From the NCBI GenBank assembly GCA_963665665.1, contig OY762428.1, positions 256,001 through 320,000 on the forward strand: a DNA stretch of 64,000 nucleotides, written 5' to 3'. The DNA is from Candidatus Kapaibacterium sp. Its GTDB lineage: Bacteria; Bacteroidota; Ignavibacteria; Kapaibacteriales; UBA2268. Below the pieces are notes generated by a model. It worked only from the letters and a program-made list of their open reading frames with translations, made no database searches and was not told the origin of the DNA. This document shows, in pieces, positions 48,303-57,497 of the stretch; position 1 is the stretch's first letter, and the number at the start of each line of letters is the position of its first letter. Made by a program: the position numbers and the translations under genes.

Positions 48303-51300
48303 ATGAAGCAACTACCGGCTATTATAATATTTATATTACCGGTATTGCTATTTTCCGGAGAAATAAGCCTTTATGAAATCGATACTACTTCATATCCCCA
48401 TATCAATATGAGATGTGACATTTACAGCAATGATTACGGTCTTATAACTGACAGTACAGATGCCAATTTCGTTTTAAAAGAAAATAATCAGCAAATATTT
48501 GATTATAATATTCAATGCCATGATATTCTGAACCCTGTTGAAATCTCTGTTGTTGTTGCAATGGATGTTTCGGGATCTATGCTGATAGAAACTGAAGATG
48601 GTATTACAAGATATGAACTGATTGTTCAGGCCGTAAAGCAGTTCATTAATATTATTGATTTCCATGAAAATTCCGAAGCTGCAATTTTAACTTTCAGTAA
48701 TGAAATCGGGCAGAATAGTGGATTCAGCTCTAACAAATATATTTTGCGCCGCTTTATTGACACAGTGAAACTAACAGAACAAACAGCAACAAGTTATATA
48801 AATGCATTTACTTCGGAAAACGGAATTTTCTCAACATTGAAGAAGTCCCGATCAGACAATCAAAAAATTGTGATTTTTATTACCGACGGTTTTTCAGAAG
48901 ATTATATTAACAATGTTATTGATCAGGCAGTCAGGGAAAATATTAAGGTGTATCCAATTACTTTATCGGCTAAAATGCCTGATAAACTGGAAAGAATGGC
49001 CGAAAATACTAAATCCAAATCTTTTGAAATTTACAACCTTTCTTATGCTTTTGGTGTCTTTTCAGAAATACTACATCAGATACAGCCGGAGAGATATTGT
49101 ACTTTAACATACAAATCAAATGATTTTTGTTCAATTTCAGAACGAATTAAGCAATTAGATGTAAATTATATACCTGAAGATATTTCAGGAACAACCTGGA
49201 TTTATATTGATCCAAAAGAACGGGTGAAAATATCACAATCATTTTATAATAACATGTTTATTTACGACGGCTTTGAATTTAAATCTGATACTTTGTGGAT
49301 TTATGCTGAACAGAAAGATTCTTACCTTGACACTCTCTATTTTTCAACAAATTCTGACAAATTTTCTTACAGCCTCAGTGATAATCATTTTCCCATAAAA
49401 ATAGCTTCCGGGGATTCACTGCCTGTTTATCTGCATTATGAAAATGAAGATTTTACAGAACGTCTGATCACTAAGCTAAACATTTTAACATCTCCCTGCC
49501 CCCTTGAACCTGTAATTTGCAAAGCTCCGTATTCAGTTGAAACAAATCCCTCTGTAAATTTCGATGCCGTAAGGGTAAATTCTAAATTCCAGAAAAATTC
49601 AGTCTGCCTTTTTTCGAATTATTCCTATGAAGGAATAACTGTTCATCCTGTTATCAGGGGAAGTGACGAAACTTATTTCGAGCTTCAGGATGAAGGCAAA
49701 TATCATTATGTTCCAAGCGGAGACAGTTTATTTCTTGACATCATATTCCTGCCGAAAGAAATTCGTGAATATCATGCTTATATAGATTACGAACTGCCCG
49801 TTAATAATGAGAATTATTATACTTTTCTTAACGGGAATGGAACAATGTCCGACATACTTGCCAAAAACGTTGAATTCGGTAAAAGGCTGGTTGGCGGAAA
49901 ATTTGATACGACTTTGGCGATTATCAATACTTCCGTAATAGATATTGATATTTACCGGGTAATTGCTCTGGACAGAAACGATCCGGATTATGATATAAAA
50001 CAACTAAATTCAATCAAAATTCCATCCGGCGATACTTTGTTTTATCCTTTTTCTTTTACTCCTCAAACTGTCGGGCTTCATACTAACGCTATTGTAATAG
50101 ATTACACGGGAGCCAATTCTGATACTGTTGCATTAAGCGGTAACGGATTTTTCAGTGGATTCGAAAATTATAAAATTAACTATCCCGATAAAAGAATTTT
50201 AACCCAAAATGATACCAGCTTAAGTATTATAAACAATACAAACATTGCTTTGCGATTATCAGCTATCAATGAAATAATTAATACTTCCAATGCTTTTGAT
50301 ATTGTGGATATCACAGACCCAATAATACTTCAACCGGGAGATACCGCCAGGATTGAAGCATTTTTTACACCGCCAAATACAGGATATTTCGAGGCTGAAT
50401 ATGAAGTTGTAACTGAAACTTTAGAAGAAAATATATATATTAGTTTTAAGGGCAATGGTTTCCTGCCGGAAATTTTATATGGTACTCCTGTTTTCCAGCC
50501 TGTATCAAAGAATAATCAATCAATTGGATTTTTCGAAATATTGAATTCCTCGTCAAATACTGATTTATCAGTCACCGGTATTAGTATCATCTCAGGAAGT
50601 AATGTTTTCTCGGATGATATCACTATATCCTTTCCACATATAATAAAGCCGGGAGAAAATATTCCTGTAAATGTCACATTTAAACCTTCTGATTTCGGTG
50701 ATTATACAGGATCCATTGAAATATTATCCGACGCACTGCCGGGGCCTGAAACTTATCCTTTAAGAAGAGATACGATTAATTTCACTGCCATCAGTACCGG
50801 CTTTTCACTTGACAGTACCAGGCTGATTTTTCCTCCTATTCTTAGCTGTGATTCATCCGAAAAAGTTCTTAAGATTTTTAACGAATCATCTGTTGAATTG
50901 CAGATCGATTCAATTATTTTTATTCCGGATGACAATAACTTTATAGTTCAAAATCCGGTTTTAAATATCAAATCCTTTGACAGCCTGGAACTCCGTATTA
51001 TGTTTGTTCCGCTGGAAGCGATTAATTACCATACTAAAATGATAATATTTGCAGGTGAAACAAGTGATACAGTTGAGATTATTGCTGGAGCATATCACTC
51101 ACAGGCACAAATGTCCTTTTTTTACAACAGGCTCGTTGTTATACCAGGGCAGGCTGTTCAATTGCCGGTTCATATTGATATTCCTGAAGATTTTAATATT
51201 TATGTTAATGAACTAAAAATTTTCTTCGATTACAATCATCTGGGCTTAAGATACATGGAAAACTCTTTTTCCCCCGATCTTCCGGGATTTTCATGGATAA

Positions 51301-51803
51301 AATCAGATAATCAGGATCATACCATTGAATTTTCCGCTACAATTTCAGATCCTGCAAAATTACGCCCGTTTAATTTCAACATCAGGTTTATGACCTTTAT
51401 TCACAATGAAAATGAAATAACGATAAACTCAGGATTTGAAATTGGACAGAATCTGGATTGTATTAATAATATCGGGGATAATCTTGTTTTAGTTGAAGAT
51501 TATTGCCTGAGAGAATTGCGTAAACTTGTTATTAATTCTGAAAATTTCTACCTGAATGAAATATCACCTAATCCTGTTGAAGAGAATTTTAATCTGACAT
51601 ACGGCCTTGGTATTGATTGCCATGTGGAAATATCAATATTCAATACTTTGGGCCAGAAAGTATCCAAAGTTCGAAGCCAGAAATCAGAAAAGGGCGATTA
51701 TAATATCAATCATGATGTATCAAGCCTTGGTTCGGGAGTTTATACATTGCTGATGAAAGCAGGGCCTTTCAGCAAAGCAATACCATTAATAATAGAAAGA
51801 TAG
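48303..51803 (+). CDS. Secreted vWA-domain protein with tandem Ig-like (ASH/choice-of-anchor D-like) domains and T9SS CTD
   Basis: Signal peptide; MIDAS DVSGSM and FITDG; repeated ~100-aa units ending in xGNG; ISPNPVEE...GSGVYTLLMKAG tail. Confidence 0.78.
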   Translation: MKQLPAIIIFILPVLLFSGEISLYEIDTTSYPHINMRCDIYSNDYGLITDSTDANFVLKENNQQIFDYNIQCHDILNPVEISVVVAMDVSGSMLIETEDGITRYELIVQAVKQFINIIDFHENSEAAILTFSNEIGQNSGFSSNKYILRRFIDTVKLTEQTATSYINAFTSENGIFSTLKKSRSDNQKIVIFITDGFSEDYINNVIDQAVRENIKVYPITLSAKMPDKLERMAENTKSKSFEIYNLSYAFGVFSEILHQIQPERYCTLTYKSNDFCSISERIKQLDVNYIPEDISGTTWIYIDPKERVKISQSFYNNMFIYDGFEFKSDTLWIYAEQKDSYLDTLYFSTNSDKFSYSLSDNHFPIKIASGDSLPVYLHYENEDFTERLITKLNILTSPCPLEPVICKAPYSVETNPSVNFDAVRVNSKFQKNSVCLFSNYSYEGITVHPVIRGSDETYFELQDEGKYHYVPSGDSLFLDIIFLPKEIREYHAYIDYELPVNNENYYTFLNGNGTMSDILAKNVEFGKRLVGGKFDTTLAIINTSVIDIDIYRVIALDRNDPDYDIKQLNSIKIPSGDTLFYPFSFTPQTVGLHTNAIVIDYTGANSDTVALSGNGFFSGFENYKINYPDKRILTQNDTSLSIINNTNIALRLSAINEIINTSNAFDIVDITDPIILQPGDTARIEAFFTPPNTGYFEAEYEVVTETLEENIYISFKGNGFLPEILYGTPVFQPVSKNNQSIGFFEILNSSSNTDLSVTGISIISGSNVFSDDITISFPHIIKPGENIPVNVTFKPSDFGDYTGSIEILSDALPGPETYPLRRDTINFTAISTGFSLDSTRLIFPPILSCDSSEKVLKIFNESSVELQIDSIIFIPDDNNFIVQNPVLNIKSFDSLELRIMFVPLEAINYHTKMIIFAGETSDTVEIIAGAYHSQAQMSFFYNRLVVIPGQAVQLPVHIDIPEDFNIYVNELKIFFDYNHLGLRYMENSFSPDLPGFSWIKSDNQDHTIEFSATISDPAKLRPFNFNIRFMTFIHNENEITINSGFEIGQNLDCINNIGDNLVLVEDYCLRELRKLVINSENFYLNEISPNPVEENFNLTYGLGIDCHVEISIFNTLGQKVSKVRSQKSEKGDYNINHDVSSLGSGVYTLLMKAGPFSKAIPLIIER

Positions 51804-51816
51804 CCTGATAATTGTA

Positions 51817-54800
51817 TCACTCAATTATTTCCAGTGTTTTCTTGATCTTCCATAAGGCGGCCACGCTGTCGTCCCTTGATTCAACCGGTATAGTCAGCAG
51901 CAGCCTGGGGCCGGCCTGTTTCAGTTTCGAACCGGGCATATCGTTCATGTACTCGGCAATAACCGGGAATGCTTTTGCATAATATTCGGCGTTTTCTTTT
52001 GAAGGAAGTTCGCAAACAATCCTGCCCTTGCGGAGCATTATCCGTATAAAACCGGTATAAAGCGCTGCTATCCTTACTTTAACTGCAAACACAAGTTCCT
52101 GCGCCTGGCGCGGCAGTTTGCCGAAACGGTCCGTGAGTTCTTCCACTATTTCCTGAAGCTCTGCATTGTTCGAAGAATTATACAGCCGTTTGTAGAATGA
52201 GAACCTGTCCGCTTCGTTTTTCACGTAATCCTTTGGAAGCAGTGCATCTGTTCCAAGCTCTATGGCTATATCCTCGTTCTGTAGCATCTTAGCCCGGGGC
52301 AGTTCGCCCTCGGCAAATAATTCGGAGAATTCCTCGGTCCGAAGTTCCCCAACTGCTTCATCCAGTATTTTCTGGTAAAGTTCGAAACCCATTTCATTAA
52401 TATACCCGCTCTGTTCCGGGCCGAGCATATCTCCCGCTCCGCGAATCTCAAGGTCGCGCAGAGCCAACTGGAAACCGCTGCCGAGGTCAGTGAATTCCTC
52501 GATTGCCTGGAGACGCTGAAGAGCATTTTCATTCAGTTTGTTGAACGGCGGTATCAGCAGGTAGCAATATGCCTGCTTATTTGCCCTGCCCACACGTCCG
52601 CGAAGCTGGTATAGCTCAGCCAGTCCGAACATCTGTGCCCTGTTGATGATCATGGTATTTGCATTTGGAATATCCAGGCCCGATTCAACTATTTTAGTTG
52701 AAATAAGTACGTCGTATTTCCTCTTTATAAATTTCTGCATCACGCTTTCAAGCTGGGAAGCTTTCATTTGCCCGTGCGCCACGGCAAACCGGACATGTGG
52801 CATAAGCTCCTGGAGATCATCGCGAATTTTTTCAATATCCTTCACCTTGTCCGATACAAAGAATACCTGCCCTTTGCGTTCAATTTCTTTATTAATAACT
52901 TCGGTGATGAACTCTTCATTCCATTCCATCACCTCTGTCTGAACCGGTATCCTATTCCTTGGCGGAGTAGTTATTATGCTTAAATCCCTTGCACCCATAA
53001 GCGAGAAATTCAGCGTCCTGGGAATTGGCGTGGCAGTCAGGGTAAGAGTATCAATAGCAGCCCGCATGGAACGTAGTTTTTCCTTGGACGAAACACCGAA
53101 ACGCTGCTCCTCGTCAATTATCAGAAGCCCCAGGTCTTTGAAATTAATATCTTTCGATAGCATCCTGTGAGTTCCTATAAGTATATCCACACCGCCTTTT
53201 TCAAGATTTTGAAGAATTTTAGTCTGGTCGGCTTTTTTCCTGAATCTGGATATAACTTCAGGTATTACGGGATATTTTGCCAGGCGGTCGCGGAATGTCA
53301 TATAATGCTGCTGTGCCAGGATAGTAGTTGGAACAAGCACAGCCACCTGCTTGCCGCTCTGCACAGTTTTGAAAGCGGCTCGGATAGCCACTTCGGTTTT
53401 TCCAAAACCAACATCACCGCAAACAAGCCTGTCCATGGGCGTTTCGGATTCCATATCTTTTTTTATATCAGATGTGGCAGTAGCCTGGTCGGGAGTATCC
53501 TCGTATATGAACGAAGCTTCGAATTCTTTCTGCCATACATTGTCCGAACTGAAAGCAAATCCCGGCTGCATTTTCCTTTCGGCATAAAGTTTTATCAGGT
53601 CGCGGGCAATATCTTTTAATTTTTTCTTTGTTCGGGCTTTTTTCCTGGCCCATTCTGTAGTTCCGAGTTTATTCAGTTTGGGCGTAACACCCTCAGATGC
53701 CTCATAAGGCCGTACTTTGTGCAGGTAGTTCAGATGAACGTAAAGCAGGTCTCCCCCGGCATATATTATTCTTGCACAGTCCTGCCTGTTGCCGCCGATC
53801 TCAACCGTTTCAAAACCGTCGAAGCGTCCAATACCCTTATCATCATGAACAATATAATCACCAATCTTTAGCTGCTTCAGTTCGCGAAGGGTCATACCGG
53901 GGCTTTTCTTACCTCCCCTGCTCTTTTTAACACGGACGCGTCCGAATATCTCATGCTCTGTTATCAAAGCCAGGCCGTCTTCATTCAGTATGAACCCTTT
54001 ACTTACTGCTTCATTGAGCCAGATCACAGAATCGAAAATATCGTCCGGTTTGATATTTTCCGGCAATTTGTTTTCTTCGTCAAGGATTGTCAGGGAATTT
54101 TTAACAATATCGCTGAATCGTTCAAGGTGAATCTTACCCTCGGCGCAAAGAATATATGTCATACCGGCGGAAATATCAGCTGAAAGTTGTGTGCAAAATT
54201 CCTTAATCGAACTGTTGAAACCCGGTTGAGGAGCCGAATGCAGTTTCAACCCGCCGCCCCTGATGCTATTCATATTAATTATCGCGTATTTTTCAGCTAT
54301 TGATGAAACAATAGCCGTTATTTCGTCGTCGTCAGGGAAAGTTTCCGGGCTGTTAAAAACCACTAATGTTTCTTCTGCCAGGAAATTATCTATTGTATCA
54401 GTTCTTTCGGTATCGTCGGAATAAAATACTGATTCGATAAATGTGATGCTTTTATGGTCGTTTATTGAACGTTGTGACATAGGGCTGAACTCGCGGATGG
54501 ATTCCACCTGGTCCCCCCAGAAATCCAGCCTGACAGGGTTGTCCCAACCTACCGGGAAGATATCTACGATACCACCGCGTACTGCCATCTCCCCCTGCGA
54601 GGCTACATAGTCGTTTCTTTCGAAACCATTTAATGCAAGGTTATTAGTAAATTTCTCAAATTCAATATTATCTCCGACGCTGACCGTTATTTTATGAGCG
54701 CTGATATCCTGTTTACCGGGGATCTTTATTTCAAAAATATCAGGAGTAGTTATAATTACCGGGCTATCAATCTCATTTACCCTGCTCAATCCCTCGACAA

Positions 54801-55122
54801 GCCACCCTAACTGCTCTTCCTGTATATCATCCTGGAAGCGGACGTTCTTTTCAGGCTTAACCAGGTATATTATTTCTTTATCATCAACAAATAGTGATAA
54901 GTCATTGCGTATTTCTCCGGCATCCTTCACACTTGCACAGACAATAACAATCGGGTTGGCAAGTTCGCCGCGCAAAAGCGTTATAATAACAGAAGGAAGC
55001 GATCCTGCTGCATTTTTGATCGTCAGTACGTCTTCAAAATCACTTATTTCGTTTTTTATCTGACGAAACAGTTTCGATCTTTTTAATTTCGAGATTATCT
55101 TATTTGTTTTCTGATTGTTCAA
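51817..55122 (-). CDS. mfd: Transcription-repair coupling factor
   Basis: AVRGGIVDIF, CarD-like RID, CGDVGFGKTEV, DEEQRFGV, QLRGRVGR, TRCF C-terminal domain. Confidence 0.98.
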   Translation of the reverse strand: MNNQKTNKIISKLKRSKLFRQIKNEISDFEDVLTIKNAAGSLPSVIITLLRGELANPIVIVCASVKDAGEIRNDLSLFVDDKEIIYLVKPEKNVRFQDDIQEEQLGWLVEGLSRVNEIDSPVIITTPDIFEIKIPGKQDISAHKITVSVGDNIEFEKFTNNLALNGFERNDYVASQGEMAVRGGIVDIFPVGWDNPVRLDFWGDQVESIREFSPMSQRSINDHKSITFIESVFYSDDTERTDTIDNFLAEETLVVFNSPETFPDDDEITAIVSSIAEKYAIINMNSIRGGGLKLHSAPQPGFNSSIKEFCTQLSADISAGMTYILCAEGKIHLERFSDIVKNSLTILDEENKLPENIKPDDIFDSVIWLNEAVSKGFILNEDGLALITEHEIFGRVRVKKSRGGKKSPGMTLRELKQLKIGDYIVHDDKGIGRFDGFETVEIGGNRQDCARIIYAGGDLLYVHLNYLHKVRPYEASEGVTPKLNKLGTTEWARKKARTKKKLKDIARDLIKLYAERKMQPGFAFSSDNVWQKEFEASFIYEDTPDQATATSDIKKDMESETPMDRLVCGDVGFGKTEVAIRAAFKTVQSGKQVAVLVPTTILAQQHYMTFRDRLAKYPVIPEVISRFRKKADQTKILQNLEKGGVDILIGTHRMLSKDINFKDLGLLIIDEEQRFGVSSKEKLRSMRAAIDTLTLTATPIPRTLNFSLMGARDLSIITTPPRNRIPVQTEVMEWNEEFITEVINKEIERKGQVFFVSDKVKDIEKIRDDLQELMPHVRFAVAHGQMKASQLESVMQKFIKRKYDVLISTKIVESGLDIPNANTMIINRAQMFGLAELYQLRGRVGRANKQAYCYLLIPPFNKLNENALQRLQAIEEFTDLGSGFQLALRDLEIRGAGDMLGPEQSGYINEMGFELYQKILDEAVGELRTEEFSELFAEGELPRAKMLQNEDIAIELGTDALLPKDYVKNEADRFSFYKRLYNSSNNAELQEIVEELTDRFGKLPRQAQELVFAVKVRIAALYTGFIRIMLRKGRIVCELPSKENAEYYAKAFPVIAEYMNDMPGSKLKQAGPRLLLTIPVESRDDSVAALWKIKKTLEIIE

Positions 55123-55148
55123 TTTTCCGGCCCGGTATTGTTTGTCAA

Positions 55149-55337
55149 TTAAATATCATCAACAATCAAGGTTATCCTTGAATCTTTTTCAGGCATGCAA
55201 TGACATTTGTTTACAAGGTAGTATCTTATTTGCCTGAGCAATTGCTTTCTGTTCAGAGGCGTATTAGAATATATTGTATAAACAATATTCAGCCTCGTAT
55301 CAGTAATTATTTTACAATATTTAAAAACTCTGTTCAA
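55149..55337 (-). CDS. 62-aa hypothetical microprotein (paralog B)
   Basis: Shares DTRxNIxYxI...L[DN]RKQ[ML]LRQIRY with the adjacent ORF; operonic spacing; TTG start. Confidence 0.75.
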   Translation of the reverse strand: MNRVFKYCKIITDTRLNIVYTIYSNTPLNRKQLLRQIRYYLVNKCHCMPEKDSRITLIVDDI

Positions 55338-55340
55338 ATT

Positions 55341-55529
55341 TTAAGCAAAATCATTCGCTTTAATAGTTACTGTCGTTCCCCCTTTTTGTTTAATATTCAG
55401 GGGATTCATATTAAAATACCTAATCTGGCGAAGCATTTGTTTTCTGTCAAGCTTTTTATCTGCAAGAATTATATACTTAATATTTCTTCGTGTGTCCCTG
55501 ATAACATTTTTTACGGGTTCTTTATCCAT
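55341..55529 (-). CDS. 62-aa basic hypothetical microprotein (paralog A)
   Basis: ATG overlaps the hflX end by 8 nt; paralogous to the next ORF. Confidence 0.78.
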   Translation of the reverse strand: MDKEPVKNVIRDTRRNIKYIILADKKLDRKQMLRQIRYFNMNPLNIKQKGGTTVTIKANDFA

Positions 55530-56835
55530 CGTCTTCGTCCTCGTAATCTTTTAAAATGAATTCTTCGAATTTGTTAGCAAAAATCTCTTTTTTATCTTTG
55601 AAAACCCCGATTTCATAAATTGAACCGTCGTCCTTATCTTTCTGGGCAAATATTTCACCGCACTGATAAAGTTCGGCAAGCATTGACATTTTATCATAAG
55701 GCAATTTTACAAAAAATCTCTGATGCTGGGAATCATACATATCCTGCATCATATCAAGGAGTTTATTAATATTATTGCCTCTGGTTGAAGATATAAATAT
55801 TGATTTCGGGAACTCATCCTCAATTACTTTCAGCATATCCATTTCTTCAAGCATGTCAATTTTATTAAAAACGAGGATCGTTGGTTTATCAGCAATATTC
55901 AGGCTTCTGAGTGTTTTCTCCACAACTGCAAGCTGGTCGCGGAATTGCGGGTGAGTAACATCCACAACGTGAAGCAGAATATCTGCTTCCCTTGCCTCGG
56001 AAAGAGTAGAACGAAACGAAGCTACAAGATGGTGTGGCAATTTCCTTATAAAACCCACTGTATCGGAAAGAAGTGATTTCCGGCCATTCGGCAGCTTAAA
56101 TGTTCGTACCGTTGTATCAAGAGTCGCAAACAGCTGATCCTGAATATAGACATCCGCTTCGGTTATGGCGTTCATAAGAGTTGATTTACCGGCATTTGTA
56201 TAGCCCACGAGTGCGAACTGAGGCATTTGCTCTCTGCCTTTTCTCTGCTGGGCTTTATTGGTATCAATATCTGCCAGTTTATCTTTCAATCTCTGGATTC
56301 TGGTCCTGATAATACGCCTGTCAGTTTCTATCTGAGTTTCACCCGGGCCTTTTGTACCAATACCGCCATACTGTTTCGAAAGGTGAGTCCACATCCTGGT
56401 CAGTTTGGGCAGCATGTATTGAAGCTGTGCCAGCTCTACCTGGGTTTTAGCTTCGTTTGATCTTGCTCTCTGGGCGAAAATATCAAGTATCAGGCCGCTG
56501 CGGTCAATTACTTTGATCTTCAGTTTACTTTCCAGGTTTCTTGTTTGTGCCGGTGACAGGTCATCGTCAAAAATGACCAGGTCAATATCATTTTCAGTAA
56601 CTTCAAGAAGAATCTCCTCCAACTTACCTTTCCCAACAACCGTGGCTTTGTTAGGCACTTGTAATTCCTGGTAAATTTTTTCGATCACTTCGGCTCCGGC
56701 TGTTTCTGCAAGGAACTCCAGTTCGTCGAGATGTTCCTGAGCAACATCTCGGTCAGAACCTTTTTTTACAACTGATACTGCCAGGGCTTTTTCTTTTTGA
56801 GGTTCTGTTTCTGTAAATGTATTTTCTTTTGCCAT
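55522..56835 (-). CDS. hflX: Ribosome-splitting GTPase HflX
   Basis: GPGETQIETDRR, GYTNAGKS, FATLD, DTVGFI, NKID motifs. Confidence 0.97.
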   Translation of the reverse strand: MAKENTFTETEPQKEKALAVSVVKKGSDRDVAQEHLDELEFLAETAGAEVIEKIYQELQVPNKATVVGKGKLEEILLEVTENDIDLVIFDDDLSPAQTRNLESKLKIKVIDRSGLILDIFAQRARSNEAKTQVELAQLQYMLPKLTRMWTHLSKQYGGIGTKGPGETQIETDRRIIRTRIQRLKDKLADIDTNKAQQRKGREQMPQFALVGYTNAGKSTLMNAITEADVYIQDQLFATLDTTVRTFKLPNGRKSLLSDTVGFIRKLPHHLVASFRSTLSEAREADILLHVVDVTHPQFRDQLAVVEKTLRSLNIADKPTILVFNKIDMLEEMDMLKVIEDEFPKSIFISSTRGNNINKLLDMMQDMYDSQHQRFFVKLPYDKMSMLAELYQCGEIFAQKDKDDGSIYEIGVFKDKKEIFANKFEEFILKDYEDEDDG

Positions 56836-56853
56836 ATATTATTTTAATTTTTA

Positions 56854-57453
56854 TTAGCCAATTATTTTATTTCTTTCCTTTTTGATCTCGTTCAAAAGGT
56901 AGAGCAATTCTTTTGTTGCGCAGCTTTCAATAAGAGCAAAGTATTTCTTGCTTGTTTCAAGTATCAGGTTAATAGGATTATACATCGGATTGAAATCCAT
57001 ACTCCTGAACCTGTCAACAGTTTCGGCCATTCTAATTATCAGGTAATCATCACCCGGATTCCTTATCTTATCTTTGATATCAAAATCCAGTTCCTCTGGA
57101 TTCATTTCAAGGGTTTCCCTGTCTTCACGAAAATTCTCAATCAAAAGGCTTACATAAGGGCCAAAGTTGAAATCAACAATTTCTATCGTTATTTCCTCGC
57201 CTGTTTTGTGGCTGTCGTGAAGCAAAGTAGTAATAATTAAATCGGGATCGGAAATATGCAACTCCCTGATGAGAATACCTACAACCCTTGTCAAATGATA
57301 AAAGTAAGGAGATTTATCCACCATTCTGTGATTTTGGTGAGCAGCTTCTGCAATTTCATAAGCGCCCCTGATTTTATTTAATTCAAAAGGCGAAAGCCTC
57401 TCTCCGAGTTCATATTCAATATCATCAATTGACAAAAAGTGGTACTTGTTCAT
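56854..57453 (-). CDS. Stand-alone RelA/SpoT-type HD domain protein with degenerate active site
   Basis: AYEIAEAAH...SPYFYH...LLHD...FGPYV pattern of (p)ppGpp hydrolase/Mesh1 domains. Confidence 0.75.
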   Translation of the reverse strand: MNKYHFLSIDDIEYELGERLSPFELNKIRGAYEIAEAAHQNHRMVDKSPYFYHLTRVVGILIRELHISDPDLIITTLLHDSHKTGEEITIEIVDFNFGPYVSLLIENFREDRETLEMNPEELDFDIKDKIRNPGDDYLIIRMAETVDRFRSMDFNPMYNPINLILETSKKYFALIESCATKELLYLLNEIKKERNKIIG

Positions 57454-57497
57454 TGTTTTTCCCGCATTTAATTTAAAGACAGGTTAATATTAAAATA

